Below, piece by piece: positions 18,818 through 28,840 of a stretch of 64,000 nt of DNA. A model generated the notes under the pieces. That model was not told the DNA's origin. It saw nothing but the letters and a program-made list of their open reading frames with translations, and did no database searches. The position numbers and the translations under genes are program-made. Numbering within the stretch: position 1 is the stretch's first letter; every line of letters begins with the position of its first letter. The stretch comes from Rhodanobacteraceae bacterium (GTDB lineage Bacteria; Pseudomonadota; Gammaproteobacteria; Xanthomonadales; Rhodanobacteraceae), in assembly GCA_030167125.1 (NCBI GenBank), contig CP126531.1:2394578-2458577 (forward strand), written 5' to 3'.

Positions 18818-19645
18818 CTATTGCCGTGCTTCGCGCGGATTGCCGGGCGCCCCAGCGAAGCGTGGTGTGGCGCGCCAGGGGTTGATGTCGATGCCGCCGC
18901 GGCGCAGGAAGCGCGCGTACACGCTCAGGCCTTGCGGTGCGCAGCGCGCCGCGATGTCGCTGAAGATGCGCTCGACGCAGGCCTCGTGGAAATCGGGATG
19001 CTGGCGATAGGAAACGAGATACCGCAACAGCCCCGCGTGTTCGATCGCGCGCCCGCGGTAGCGCAGGACCACGCTGGCCCAGTCGGGCTGGCCGGTGACC
19101 GGACACAGCGAGCGGAACAGGCGCGTGGAAAGGGTCTCATCGATGACCACGCCGCTCGCGACCAGCAGCTCCGTGCGCGGCGCGCCGTAGTTATCCGCTT
19201 CGATGCGCTGGTCGTCCAGCGATTCGCCTTCCAACGGATGGATGCCGGCGCGCTCTATGTCATGCGCGTCCAGCAGCGTGACTGCGACCTTTGCACCAAT
19301 GCACGTGGAAACATCGCGCTCCACGCGGGCGCGCACGGCTTCCGGCCCGGTGAACGGCGTCATCGCATAACCGCCGAGGTACAGCTTCAGCGATTTCGAT
19401 TCGACGATGTTGGGCGACGTGCACGGCACCGTCAGGCGCAACACCGCAACGCGCGGCAGGCCGCGCACGTCCAGCCACGAGAATTCCCACGCGTTCCAGG
19501 TGTCGACGCCGGTGAATGGCAGGGCGCCATCGGACAGCCCGATTGCTGCACGCGCTTCGTCACGCGCCACGGCAAACAGCACCGACGAATCTACCGTGGC
19601 CGGGTATTCGGTTTGACGGCCCAGCGGAATGGATGGCTGCGACAT
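18818..19645 (-). CDS. queF: NADPH-dependent 7-cyano-7-deazaguanine reductase (two-domain type)
   Basis: MSQPSIPLGRQTEYPATVDSSVLF..., SLKLYLGGY and PDFHEACVERIF. The ATG at 19645 is preferred over the GTG at 19663, which overlaps the upstream gene. Confidence 0.9.
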   Translation of the reverse strand: MSQPSIPLGRQTEYPATVDSSVLFAVARDEARAAIGLSDGALPFTGVDTWNAWEFSWLDVRGLPRVAVLRLTVPCTSPNIVESKSLKLYLGGYAMTPFTGPEAVRARVERDVSTCIGAKVAVTLLDAHDIERAGIHPLEGESLDDQRIEADNYGAPRTELLVASGVVIDETLSTRLFRSLCPVTGQPDWASVVLRYRGRAIEHAGLLRYLVSYRQHPDFHEACVERIFSDIAARCAPQGLSVYARFLRRGGIDINPWRATPRFAGAPGNPREARQ

Positions 19646-19655
19646 CGGCTCGCCG

Positions 19656-21059
19656 CTAGTCACTCGACGCCACGATGTACTGCTCCAGCTTGCCGTCCGG
19701 CAATGTGTACGTGGTGATCGAGAGCTTGGTCTTCGGGAACGTCACCGTGTAGCCGCGCATCTGCATGCCGCCGCGCATGCGCGCCGCGCGGATCGTGAAG
19801 GACTGCGGCTTGCCGAGTGGCGCCAGACTGGTCTGGTAATCGTGCAGCGCGGTGGCGTCGAAGTAGCTGTTGGCATCCGCCGTGAACAGGTTGCGATCGA
19901 TCTTGCCTTGCTGCAGGTTCGCGAAGATCGCCTTGGCCTGCGCCAGCGCGCGCGTCGCCGCCGGATCGTGCACCTCGAACAGCGCTTGGGCGATGCCCTT
20001 GCCGATCACGCCGAAGGTTCCGACCGCGTCCTGGTTGGTCAGCACCACCACCGCGATCTTGTCGTCGGGGAAGATGGCGTTGCCGGCGGTGAAGCCCATC
20101 ACCTCGCCGTCGTGCGAAATCATCCGGTGCCCATCCAGCTTGCCGACGAACACGCCGAGGCCGTAGCCGGACCCGAGGCCGTCGTTCAACACGACTTCGG
20201 TCTGCATCGCGTGCCACGAAGCCGGCTGCAGCAGGGTCTCATCGATCATCGCGATGTCCCACTTGGCAAGATCGCTGGCTGTCATCGCCAGTTCGCCCGC
20301 GCCGAACATCCAGTTCACGCCTTCCTTTAGCGACGGCCGCAACGGGCCGAGCGCATTGCGCGAATAGCCGCGCGCGTCGGTGGCCGGCAACGCGTGCAGG
20401 TTGGTGTCGTAGGCGTCGGTGATACCCAGCGTCGGGAACACGTGCTGCTGCAGATATTCGAAAGGAGTCTGCCCGGTGACCTTCTGCACGATCGCGCCGG
20501 CGATCACGTAACCGGTGTTGCTGTACTGCCATTGCGAACCCGGCGTGAAGTCCAGCGGCTTCTTCGCCCACGTGTCCATGATCTGCTGCGGCGTGGTCGG
20601 AAGCCGCATCGGCGGCATCAGGTAATCCTGCGGCCAGTAATCCTGGTAACCGGAAGTGTGCGACAGGATCTGCCTGATCGTGATATGGCCGGCATCGGTG
20701 AGGCCGGGGAAGAATTTCGCGACACTGTCGTCGAGGCTGAGCTTGCCTTGCTGCTGCAGCATCAGGATCGCTGCCGCAGTGAACTCCTTGCTGATCGAAC
20801 CGATGCTGTAGCGCATCGCCGGCGTGGCCGACGTCTTCGGATCGAGCCGCGCGTCGCCGTAGGCCTTGGCGTAAACGAGCTTGCCGTCGCGCACCACCGC
20901 GATCGACGCGCTGGGTACGCCTGACTTCGCCAGCGCATCGTTCGCGATCTTGTCGATGTTCGCGGCGAGGTCGGCGGGCAGCGCGTCCTGCGCGAGAGCG
21001 GGCGCGCACGCCAGCACCAGCAACGCCGCGAGACAAAGACAACGAGGGATCGATCGCAT
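19656..21059 (-). CDS. serine hydrolase (beta-lactamase / DD-peptidase family), secreted
   Basis: Signal peptide MRSIPRCLCLAALLVLACAPALAQ and the S-x-x-K motif SISKEF. Confidence 0.85.
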   Translation of the reverse strand: MRSIPRCLCLAALLVLACAPALAQDALPADLAANIDKIANDALAKSGVPSASIAVVRDGKLVYAKAYGDARLDPKTSATPAMRYSIGSISKEFTAAAILMLQQQGKLSLDDSVAKFFPGLTDAGHITIRQILSHTSGYQDYWPQDYLMPPMRLPTTPQQIMDTWAKKPLDFTPGSQWQYSNTGYVIAGAIVQKVTGQTPFEYLQQHVFPTLGITDAYDTNLHALPATDARGYSRNALGPLRPSLKEGVNWMFGAGELAMTASDLAKWDIAMIDETLLQPASWHAMQTEVVLNDGLGSGYGLGVFVGKLDGHRMISHDGEVMGFTAGNAIFPDDKIAVVVLTNQDAVGTFGVIGKGIAQALFEVHDPAATRALAQAKAIFANLQQGKIDRNLFTADANSYFDATALHDYQTSLAPLGKPQSFTIRAARMRGGMQMRGYTVTFPKTKLSITTYTLPDGKLEQYIVASSD

Positions 21060-21123
21060 GGGAGGATATCGACGAAACTGCGCAAGCGCAAACGATAACA
21101 CCATCACCACACACGCCGCCGGG

Positions 21124-22728
21124 TTACCAGAAATACACCTGCAGCGACGATGGTTTCGGCTTGGGCGGGAGCGCCTGCAGGAAGGCGCGGTGATCCGGGA
21201 AGTTCATCGCGCTGCGATCGAGCAGCGTGTCGACTTCGGCCATGTCGTACTTCGCTTCCTGCCGCGTCGGCGCGCGCGCGTCATCGGGAAACAAGCCCAC
21301 GCCCGCCAGCAGGCTGTACCACGACATGATCGGATAGCCGCGTCCGAACGCGCCCTTGGCGATGCCGGCGCTGATGGGCTTGCTGGCCAGCCAGGTGCGC
21401 AGCAGTTGCTGCAGCGGCTCGGAGAGGTGCGTGTTGGCGGCGTTGGCGCGCCAGTAATCGGTATCGCTGCGCGTGTTGGTCTTGAAGTGCGTGACGATGT
21501 AATCGCGCGTGCCCTCGACGCGGCCATTCAAGGTGTCGTTGAACTGCTTGCGCGTGGCTTCGCCCAGGTCTCCTGCTTCTAACGCCGTCACCAGCATCTC
21601 GGCGGTGCGTTGCACGAACAGCAGCGTGGTGGCTTCCAAGGGTTCAATGAAACTCTGCGCAAGACCGTTGGCGACGCAGTTGCGGCGCCACGGTTCGGCC
21701 ACACGGCCGGGGCGGAATTTCAGGTGGCGCGCCGGCACGTCGGCATCCAGCAAGCCGAGGTGTTCGCGCAATTCCTTCTCGGCGTTTTCGGGCGTGCAGA
21801 AATCCGAGCTGTACACGTAGCCGTAGCCGTAGCGCGTGGTCAGCGGAATCTTCCACGCCCAGCCATGGCGCAGCGCGGTCGAAATGGTCTGCGGCGGGAT
21901 CGGTCCGTCGTGCGGCGCCTGGATCGCGACCGCGGCATCGTTGAAAAGATTCTCCTTGAACGACACGAACGGCGTGCCGAGCGCCTTGCCCAGCAACAGC
22001 GAGGCAAAACCCGTGCAATCGACGTAGAAATCGCCGGCCAGCGTCGAACCGTCCTGCAGGCGCAACGATGCGATATCGCCGGATTCGCCCAATTGCACGT
22101 CGGTGACGTGGTCCGCGATGTGCCGCACGCCGCGCTCAATCGACTTCTTCTGCAGGAATCGACCCAGCAACACCGAATCGAAATGGAAGCCGTACCACAC
22201 GTCGAACGGAAAACTCGGCTGCGGCCGCGGCGCCTTGCACGCGCGCGCCAGCCGCGCGGAAATGAAGAAGCGGTTCGGATGCGCGTGCACGTCGGCGCGA
22301 TCGAGGCGCGCGTGCACGTTGTCGATGAACGGCGCCATCGTCATGTTGTCGAGCATCGACGCGAACGAGTGGAAATAACTTTCGTAGCCGGGCCGCGTGG
22401 ACCAGCCCTCGAACGTGATGCCGGCCTTGTAGGTGGCATGGCATTCCGGCATCCACTCGGCTTCCTCGATGCCGAGGCTTTCGAAGAATCCGCGCAGCCA
22501 CGGCGTCGAACCTTCGCCCACGCCGATCACGCCGACCTGCGGCGACTCCAGCACGGTGACCTTCAGGCGTTCTCCGTACGCGGAGTTCGCCAGCAGCAGC
22601 GCGGTCATCCAGCCGGCGGTGCCGCCGCCGACCACCACGACGTGTTTCACCGGCGGTTCGGCATCCGTGCGCGCGGGCGCGCGCGCGACGACGTTGTGGT
22701 TGAAAACGGTGGCGGTGGCTTCGGACAT
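21124..22728 (-). CDS. flavin-dependent tryptophan-halogenase-family protein
   Basis: VVVVGGGTAGWMTALLL FAD motif and the GWAWKIPL (WxWxIP) motif. The ATG at 22728 is preferred; the upstream 100 codons of the 637-aa ORF are Arg/Ala-rich shadow sequence. Confidence 0.88.
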   Translation of the reverse strand: MSEATATVFNHNVVARAPARTDAEPPVKHVVVVGGGTAGWMTALLLANSAYGERLKVTVLESPQVGVIGVGEGSTPWLRGFFESLGIEEAEWMPECHATYKAGITFEGWSTRPGYESYFHSFASMLDNMTMAPFIDNVHARLDRADVHAHPNRFFISARLARACKAPRPQPSFPFDVWYGFHFDSVLLGRFLQKKSIERGVRHIADHVTDVQLGESGDIASLRLQDGSTLAGDFYVDCTGFASLLLGKALGTPFVSFKENLFNDAAVAIQAPHDGPIPPQTISTALRHGWAWKIPLTTRYGYGYVYSSDFCTPENAEKELREHLGLLDADVPARHLKFRPGRVAEPWRRNCVANGLAQSFIEPLEATTLLFVQRTAEMLVTALEAGDLGEATRKQFNDTLNGRVEGTRDYIVTHFKTNTRSDTDYWRANAANTHLSEPLQQLLRTWLASKPISAGIAKGAFGRGYPIMSWYSLLAGVGLFPDDARAPTRQEAKYDMAEVDTLLDRSAMNFPDHRAFLQALPPKPKPSSLQVYFW

Positions 22729-22795
22729 GCAGGGCGGCCGCGCGGCGTGCAGACGCGCACGATAGCACCGCTTGTCCCGGAACCCGCGGACGCGC

Positions 22796-23572
22796 TCAAT
22801 GCGCGGCTTCGCTGGCCGCCGCGGGCTGGGCGCGGAAGGCGCGTTCGAAGGCTTCGAGGTCGCTGTCGGCGACGCTGGAGACCGCGACGAAGCGCAGGCC
22901 GTCGTCGTTCCACGCCAGCACGTGGTAGCCGTCGCGCGTCTGCGGCGGAGCCGCGGCTGCCGCGTGGCCCGGCCACTGGAACAGGTTGATCGTGTGCAGG
23001 TGCCGCTTGTACACCAGCGCGGCCACCTGCTTTCCACCCAGCACGTCGAGACGTCCGCCGACCAGTTCGAATCCCTCGGCGGACAGATCCTTCACCTGCG
23101 GCGAGAAATCCACGCGGCCGTCGAACCACGGCTTCACCGTGTGTTCGTTGGACGTTTGCACGTCGATCAAATGTCCGGGCAGCAACGAACGCACGTGATC
23201 CGACACCGCTTCCGCGACCAGCGCGTCGCTGCCCTGCCGCTGCAACCGCATGGTCTGCCAGCCCGCGAGCACCGCGGCAATCACGAACAAGGCGGCCAGC
23301 GCGGCGAGTGCCATGCTCCAGCCGCGACGGCGCGCGCGCGGCGCAAGGGTGGCGCGCGGCAACCGCGCTTCGATGCGCGCACGCAGCGCGGCCGGCGCGG
23401 ACTGGTACAAGCGAGCCCCGCGCAGATCTTCGCGCGCTTGCGTGAGCGCGCGCAGCCGCCGCGTGCAATCCGCGCATTCGGCCAGGTGCCGCGCGACCGC
23501 GAGGCTGTCGGCCGCGCCCAATTCGTCGTCGAGATACGCGTGCAGCAGCAGGCGCATGTCCTGGCAATTCAT
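22796..23572 (-). CDS. anti-sigma factor (zf-HC2 type, single TM)
   Basis: MNCQDMRLLLHAYLDDELGAADSLAVARHLAECADCTRRL is the H-x3-C-x2-C motif, with a TM segment WSMALAALAALFVIAAVLAGW. The start ATG overlaps the sigma-factor stop (ATGA, 23569-23572). Confidence 0.85.
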   Translation of the reverse strand: MNCQDMRLLLHAYLDDELGAADSLAVARHLAECADCTRRLRALTQAREDLRGARLYQSAPAALRARIEARLPRATLAPRARRRGWSMALAALAALFVIAAVLAGWQTMRLQRQGSDALVAEAVSDHVRSLLPGHLIDVQTSNEHTVKPWFDGRVDFSPQVKDLSAEGFELVGGRLDVLGGKQVAALVYKRHLHTINLFQWPGHAAAAAPPQTRDGYHVLAWNDDGLRFVAVSSVADSDLEAFERAFRAQPAAASEAAH

Positions 23573-24123
23573 GCAGCCACCTCCTTGCCCGCCAGCTCGC
23601 GCTGCAGGCGCTCGCGCGCACGCGCCAGCCGCGACATCACGGTGCCGATCTTGAGGTTGGTGATCGACGCGATCTCCTTGTAGGAACATTCTTCGAGTTC
23701 GCGCAACACCAGCACCTCGCGAAATTCCGGCGGCAATCGTCCCAGCGCGTCGTGCAGGCTTTGCGCATCCGCCGCGCGCAGCAGCACGCTCTGCGGATCG
23801 TCGTGGTCGGCGCCGCCGTGGATGGCCTCGTCGAATTCGTCGACGCTGCCCGCGGCCGGCGCCTGCGAACGCTGCGTGTAGAACGTGTTGCGCACGATCG
23901 CCAGCAGCCAGACCTTGGCGTCGCCGCCGCGGAAGCCGCCGAAGAAACGGAACGCGCGCAGCACCGCTTCCTGCACCACGTCCTCGGCGTCCTGGTCGTT
24001 GCGCGCCAGCCAGCGCGCGAGGTTGTACGCGGCGTCCAGATGCCGCATCACCTCGCGTTCGAAAGTTGCGCCGGTGTCCATGCCGTCAGGCTGCGCCAGC
24101 GCGCTTGTTCCATCGCCCATCAA
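23569..24123 (-). CDS. ECF-type RNA polymerase sigma-70 family factor
   Basis: Region 2 (DAEDVVQEAVLRAFRFF) and region 4 (SYKEIASITNLKIGTVMSRLARARERL). The exact start is uncertain. Confidence 0.9.
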   Translation of the reverse strand: MMGDGTSALAQPDGMDTGATFEREVMRHLDAAYNLARWLARNDQDAEDVVQEAVLRAFRFFGGFRGGDAKVWLLAIVRNTFYTQRSQAPAAGSVDEFDEAIHGGADHDDPQSVLLRAADAQSLHDALGRLPPEFREVLVLRELEECSYKEIASITNLKIGTVMSRLARARERLQRELAGKEVAA

Positions 24124-24147
24124 GATCAGACCGCCGCGCGCGCCAAT

Positions 24148-24176
24148 TTATTCCCGCAGCCGGTCCGCGGGAATAA
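24148..24176. promoter_or_regulatory. perfect 10-bp inverted repeat TTATTCCCGC-N9-GCGGGAATAA in the divergent sigma / phosphoesterase intergenic region (candidate operator or hairpin)
   Basis: Read directly from the sequence. It is the only AT-containing palindrome in the 124-bp intergenic region. Confidence 0.3.
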
Positions 24177-24247
24177 CCGCGCGCGCGCGGCGGTATGACG
24201 TTCGGAAGGGCGCATCGTGCGCCTGCTTTCCAACCGAGGACACACGC

Positions 24248-25198
24248 ATGCAAGACGATCGTGACGACTTCGATCATGACCCCATCCGCACGGACCGCCG
24301 GCGCTTTCTCGAATGCATGGCGTGGGCCGGCGCCGGCACGCTGTGGCTGATGCAGGGCGGCGTTGCGCACGCCGGCGCGCTGCTGAAAGGCGCCACGCAG
24401 CAGGATGCCACCTTCAGCTTCGTGCAGATCAGCGACAGCCATATCGGCTTCCACAAGGCGCCGAACCCGGACCCGGTCGCCAGCTTGCGCCAGTCGATCG
24501 CGCAGGTCAACGCGCAACCGCAGCGGCCGGATTTCGTGGTGCACACCGGCGACTTGTCGCACCTGTCGACGCCGGAACAATTCGACACCGTCGCCGAACT
24601 CTTGAAGGAAGCGAAGACCGGCCGCGTGTTCTACATCCCCGGCGAGCACGACGTGATCGGCGACGACGGCAAGGCGTTCTTCACGCGTTTCGGCGGCGGC
24701 GTCGACGGCAACGGCTGGTACAGCTTCGACCACCACGGCGTGCATTTCATCGCGCTGGTGAACGTGCGGCACCTGCAGTGCGCCGGCCTGGGCTTCCTGG
24801 GCGCCGATCAAATCGATTGGCTGAAGAAGGACCTCGCGGGCCTTTCCGCCAGCACGCCGATCGTGGTGTTCGCGCACATGCCGATGTGGTCGCTGTATCC
24901 CGCGTGGGGCTGGGGCACGCAGGACAGTGCGCAGGCACTGGCGCTGCTGAAACGCTTCGGCTCGGTGACAGTGTTGAACGGCCACATCCACCAGATCCAG
25001 CAGAAGGTCGAAGGCACCATCACCTTCCACACCGCGCGCTCGACCGCGTATCCGCAGCCCGCGCCGGGCGCCGCCCCCGCGCCCGGCCCGTTGCAGAACC
25101 TGCCCGCGGGCAAGCTGCACGACTACATCGGCGTGCGCGACGTGCGGCACGTGCGCGGCACGCAGGCGCTCGCCATCACTGATCACACGCTCGCGTGA
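24248..25198 (+). CDS. metallophosphoesterase with twin-arginine (Tat) signal
   Basis: MQDDRDDFDHDPIRTDRRRFLECMAWAGAG is a Tat motif. Calcineurin-like motifs SDSH, GDLSH, GEHD and NGHIH are present. Confidence 0.85.
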   Translation: MQDDRDDFDHDPIRTDRRRFLECMAWAGAGTLWLMQGGVAHAGALLKGATQQDATFSFVQISDSHIGFHKAPNPDPVASLRQSIAQVNAQPQRPDFVVHTGDLSHLSTPEQFDTVAELLKEAKTGRVFYIPGEHDVIGDDGKAFFTRFGGGVDGNGWYSFDHHGVHFIALVNVRHLQCAGLGFLGADQIDWLKKDLAGLSASTPIVVFAHMPMWSLYPAWGWGTQDSAQALALLKRFGSVTVLNGHIHQIQQKVEGTITFHTARSTAYPQPAPGAAPAPGPLQNLPAGKLHDYIGVRDVRHVRGTQALAITDHTLA

Positions 25199-25227
25199 AC
25201 CTTTCCATTCCCTCGACAGGAGTTCGC

Positions 25228-25548
25228 ATGCAAAAGTTTTCCGTCGCCGCCGCGTTGCTGCTGGCGGCCTGCGCCGCGCACGGCGCCTCGCCGAAAACCG
25301 CTTACCAGGTCGGCATCCGCAATTTCCATTTCGAGCCGATGCAGCTGGTGGTGCCGGCCGGCGCGACCGTCACCTGGACCAACCACGACGAGGAACCGCA
25401 CGTCGTCACCAGCGCGGGCGACCAGTTCAAGTCCTCGCCGGCGCTCGACACCGACGACCACTACAGCGCGGTATTCACCAAGCCGGGCACGTACGCGTAC
25501 TACTGCTCGATCCATCCGCAGATGACGGCCACGATCGTCGTGAAATAA
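25228..25548 (+). CDS. cupredoxin-family blue copper protein (plastocyanin/amicyanin-like)
   Basis: Signal peptide MQKFSVAAALLLAACAAHG and type-1 Cu ligands in H...YYCSIHPQM. The ATG at 25228 is preceded by ACAGGAG. Confidence 0.85.
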   Translation: MQKFSVAAALLLAACAAHGASPKTAYQVGIRNFHFEPMQLVVPAGATVTWTNHDEEPHVVTSAGDQFKSSPALDTDDHYSAVFTKPGTYAYYCSIHPQMTATIVVK

Positions 25549-25577
25549 AAAAACGGGGCAGTGTCACCACTGCCCCG
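25547..25577 (-). terminator. rho-independent terminator for the RND operon (also sits directly after the cupredoxin stop)
   Basis: 10-11 bp GC stem cggggcagtg-tcac-cactgccccg. On the minus strand it is followed by TTTTTTT. Confidence 0.7.
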
Positions 25578-25601
25578 TCGCTGCGCTTATGACGACAAGC
25601 G

Positions 25602-28600
25602 TCAGTGCGGCTGCGGTTCCGGCGGCGGCAGCGATTCCAGGTCGTCGTGGCCGGACTCCGCGTGCTCGACCTGGTGCGTCTCGCCGATCACGAGGTAAAC
25701 CGCCGGCACCACGAACAGCGTGAACAGCGTGCCGATCGACAAGCCGGTGAAGATCACCAGGCCCATGTCGTGGCGGCCCGCCGCGCCCGCACCGCCCGCG
25801 AACACCAGCGGCACCACGCCCAGCACCATTGCCAGCGTCGTCATGAGGATCGGGCGCAGACGCACCGCGGCGGCTTCCTCGATCGCATCGCGCTTGCTGT
25901 AGCCGTGCTCGCGCTGCAACTGGTTGGCGAATTCCACCATCAGGATGCCGTGCTTGCTGATCAGGCCGACCAGCGTCACCAGGCCCACCTGGGTGTAGAT
26001 GTTGAGCGACGAGAACCCGAGGTTGATGAAGAGCAGCGCGCCGAACGTCGCCATCGGCACCGCCACCAGGATTACCAGCGGATCGCGGAAGCTCTCGAAC
26101 TGCGCGGACAGCGCCAGGAACACGATGATGATCGCGAACATCAGCGTGAACAGGAAGCCGCCGGATTCCTGCATGAACTGGCGCGACTGGCCGGCGTAGT
26201 CCGCGGTGTATCCCGACGGCGCGACCTGGTTCAGCGTGTCCTGCATGAAGGTGATCGCCTGGCTCAGGGACACGCTGGGCGTGATCACGCCCGAGATCGT
26301 GGCCGAGTTCAGCTGCTGGAAGTGGTTGATCGATTCCGGCACCGTCTGGTAGGTGATGTGCGCGACCGTGGACGCCGGGATCATCCCGCCCGACGAGGTC
26401 TTGATGTAGTAGTTGTCGAGCTGCGCCGGATTCAGGCGATCCACCTGCGCGACCTGCGAGATCACGCGGTACGAGCGTCCCGAGATCGAGAAGTAGTTGA
26501 CGTAGTTGCCGCCCAGCGCCGCCGACAACGCGGCGCCGACGCTCTGCTGGGTCAGCCCGAGCGCCGACACCTTGTCGCGATCCAGCGTCACGGTCGCCTG
26601 CGGCTGGTCGATCTTCAAGTCCGAATCGACGAAGAAGAACATGCCCGACGCCTGCGCCTTCGCCAGCACCTGGTGCGCGACGTCGTTCAGGTTCTGCAGC
26701 GGCTCGGTGGTCTTGATCACGAACTGCACCGGCAGGCCGAACGCGCCCGGCAGCGAGGGGAACTGGAACACCGCCATGCGCGCGCCGGCGATGTCGTTGA
26801 GCTGGGGCTGGATGGCCTGCTGGATCTCGGTGGCGCTGCGTTTGCGGTCGCCCCACGGCTTCAGCATGATGCCCGAGAAGCCCTGGTTCACCGCGCCCAT
26901 GCCGGTGAACTGGAAGATGTGGGTGTATTCGGGCAGCGACTTGGCGATGTCGAACACCTGCTTGGTGTACAGCCCCATCTGCGTGATCGTGGCGTTGGGC
27001 GGACCCTGGGTCTGCGCCAGCACGATGCCCTGGTCTTCCTGCGGCGCGAGTTCCGACTTCGCGGTCTTGAACAGGTACACGTTGCCCGCGAGGATCAGCG
27101 CGCCGAACACGATCGCCACCACCCAGGTGTCCAGCGAGGAATGCAGCATGCGGCGGTAGCGGTCGCGCACGTAGTTCGAAACCTTGTCGATGCGTTGCAC
27201 GAACGGCTTCTCGTGGTCCGACTCGCGCAGCACCTTCGAGCACAGCATCGGCGACAGCGTCAACGCGATGATCGCCGACACCACCACCGCACCGGCCAGC
27301 GTGAACGCGAATTCGGTGAACAGCGCGCCGGTCAGGCCGCCCTGGAAGCCGACCGGCACGTACACCGCGATCAGCACGATGGTCATCGCGATGATCGGCG
27401 TGGCCAGTTCGCGCGCCGCCAGCAGCGCCGCCTTCAGCGGCGAATGCGCGTCCTTCATGTGGCGGTCGACGTTCTCGACGATGATGATCGCGTCGTCCAC
27501 CACCAGGCCGATCGCCAGCACCAGCGCCAGCAGCGTCAGCAGGTTGATCGAGTAGCCCAGGATCAGCATCACCAGGAACGCGCCGATCAGCGACAGCGGC
27601 ATCGCCAGCAGCGGGATCAGCAGCGATCGCAGGGTGCCCAGGAACAGGAAGATCACGACCGCGACGATGATCAGCGTCTCGACCAGCGTCTGCACCACCT
27701 CGCTGATCGACGCGCGGATGAAGTCGGTGCCGTCGTACGCGATGCGCCCGGAAAGGCCGGCCGGCAATTGCGACTGGATCTGCGGGAACACCTTGCGCAC
27801 GCGCGCGATCACGTCCAGCACGTTGGCGTCGGGCGCGGCCTTGATGCCGATCGCGACGGTGTGCTGGCCGTCGAACGAGAATTCGGTGTTGTAGTCCTCG
27901 GCGCCCAGCGTGACATCCGCCACGTCCTTGAGGCGCACCACGTTGGCGCCGTCGGCCTTCACCACCAGGTTCTTGAATTCATCGACGGTGTGCAGGTCGG
28001 TGGCCGCCGTGAGATTCACGCTGACCATCTGGCCCTTGGTGGTGCCGATCGCCGAAAGGTAGTTGTTGGCGGCCAGCGCGGCGTTGACGTCGCTCGCGGT
28101 GACGCCGTGCGCGGCCATCTTGGCGGGATCGAGCCACGCGCGCAGCGCGAAGGTGCGCGCGCCGATGATCTCGGCGCTCTGCACGCCCTCGACCGCGCTC
28201 AATTGCGGCTGCACCACGCGGGTCAGGTAATCGGTGATCTTGTTGGAGGCCAGCTCCGTCGACGAGAAGCCGAGGTACATCGACGCGACCTGCTCGCCCG
28301 TCTGCAGCGTGATCACCGGTTGCTGCGCGGCCTGCGGCAGCTGGTTCTTCACCGAGTTCACCAGCGATGAGATTTCGGTGAGCGCCCGGTTGCCGTCGTA
28401 GTTGAGGCGCAGCGTCACCGTGATCAGCGACACGCCGGGCGTCGACGACGAGGTCATGTAGTCGATGCCCTGCGCCTGCGCGATCGCCTGTTCCAGCGGC
28501 TGGGTGATGAAGCCCGCCATGGTTTGCGAATCGGCGCCGAAATACACGGTCTGCACCACGATGGTCGCGCTTTCCGTCTTCGGATACTGGCGGATCGGCA

Positions 28601-28694
28601 GCGACGTCACCGCGCGCAAACCCAGCACCAGGATCAGCAGGCTGACCGTGGCCGCAAGGACCGGACGTTTGATGAAAAGGTCGGTGAATTTCAT
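25602..28694 (-). CDS. RND-family multidrug efflux permease (HAE-1 type)
   Basis: 1030 aa with 12-TM architecture. The MKFTDLFIKRPVLA N-terminus is typical of the AcrB/MexB family. Confidence 0.95.
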   Translation of the reverse strand: MKFTDLFIKRPVLAATVSLLILVLGLRAVTSLPIRQYPKTESATIVVQTVYFGADSQTMAGFITQPLEQAIAQAQGIDYMTSSSTPGVSLITVTLRLNYDGNRALTEISSLVNSVKNQLPQAAQQPVITLQTGEQVASMYLGFSSTELASNKITDYLTRVVQPQLSAVEGVQSAEIIGARTFALRAWLDPAKMAAHGVTASDVNAALAANNYLSAIGTTKGQMVSVNLTAATDLHTVDEFKNLVVKADGANVVRLKDVADVTLGAEDYNTEFSFDGQHTVAIGIKAAPDANVLDVIARVRKVFPQIQSQLPAGLSGRIAYDGTDFIRASISEVVQTLVETLIIVAVVIFLFLGTLRSLLIPLLAMPLSLIGAFLVMLILGYSINLLTLLALVLAIGLVVDDAIIIVENVDRHMKDAHSPLKAALLAARELATPIIAMTIVLIAVYVPVGFQGGLTGALFTEFAFTLAGAVVVSAIIALTLSPMLCSKVLRESDHEKPFVQRIDKVSNYVRDRYRRMLHSSLDTWVVAIVFGALILAGNVYLFKTAKSELAPQEDQGIVLAQTQGPPNATITQMGLYTKQVFDIAKSLPEYTHIFQFTGMGAVNQGFSGIMLKPWGDRKRSATEIQQAIQPQLNDIAGARMAVFQFPSLPGAFGLPVQFVIKTTEPLQNLNDVAHQVLAKAQASGMFFFVDSDLKIDQPQATVTLDRDKVSALGLTQQSVGAALSAALGGNYVNYFSISGRSYRVISQVAQVDRLNPAQLDNYYIKTSSGGMIPASTVAHITYQTVPESINHFQQLNSATISGVITPSVSLSQAITFMQDTLNQVAPSGYTADYAGQSRQFMQESGGFLFTLMFAIIIVFLALSAQFESFRDPLVILVAVPMATFGALLFINLGFSSLNIYTQVGLVTLVGLISKHGILMVEFANQLQREHGYSKRDAIEEAAAVRLRPILMTTLAMVLGVVPLVFAGGAGAAGRHDMGLVIFTGLSIGTLFTLFVVPAVYLVIGETHQVEHAESGHDDLESLPPPEPQPH

Positions 28695-28716
28695 GGGAGC
28701 GATCTGCTTTGAATTT

Positions 28717-28840
28717 CCTTCCCCCGCTTGCGGGGAAAGGTGGCCGAAGGCCGGGTGGGGGCCGGGCTTGCAACGCCGCCGTTGCGGGCGCCGTCATCCC
28801 CCCGATGCTGCGCATCGACCCCCTTCGTTCCGAAGGGGGT
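28717..28840. repeat. REP-like cluster inside the efflux operon: family-3 unit (28717-28766), hairpin 28770-28785, family-1 unit (28795-28840)
   Basis: The cluster contains ccttcccccgcttgcggggaaaggtggccgaaggccgggtggggg, then gcaacg-ccgc-cgttgc, then CATCCCCCC-gatgc/gcatc-GACCCCCTTCG-ttc-CGAAGGGGGT. Confidence 0.8.

Noticed and set aside
21124-23037. Upstream extensions of several ORF-track entries (21124-23037, 34041-36317, 35168-36037, 50865-52856, 12354-13874, 23885-25198, 46238-47587).
   Set aside because: The extensions are Arg/Pro/Ala-rich, overlap neighbouring genes and lack homology. Internal ATG or GTG codons that coincide with family N-termini, signal peptides or ATGA/GTGA couplings were used instead.
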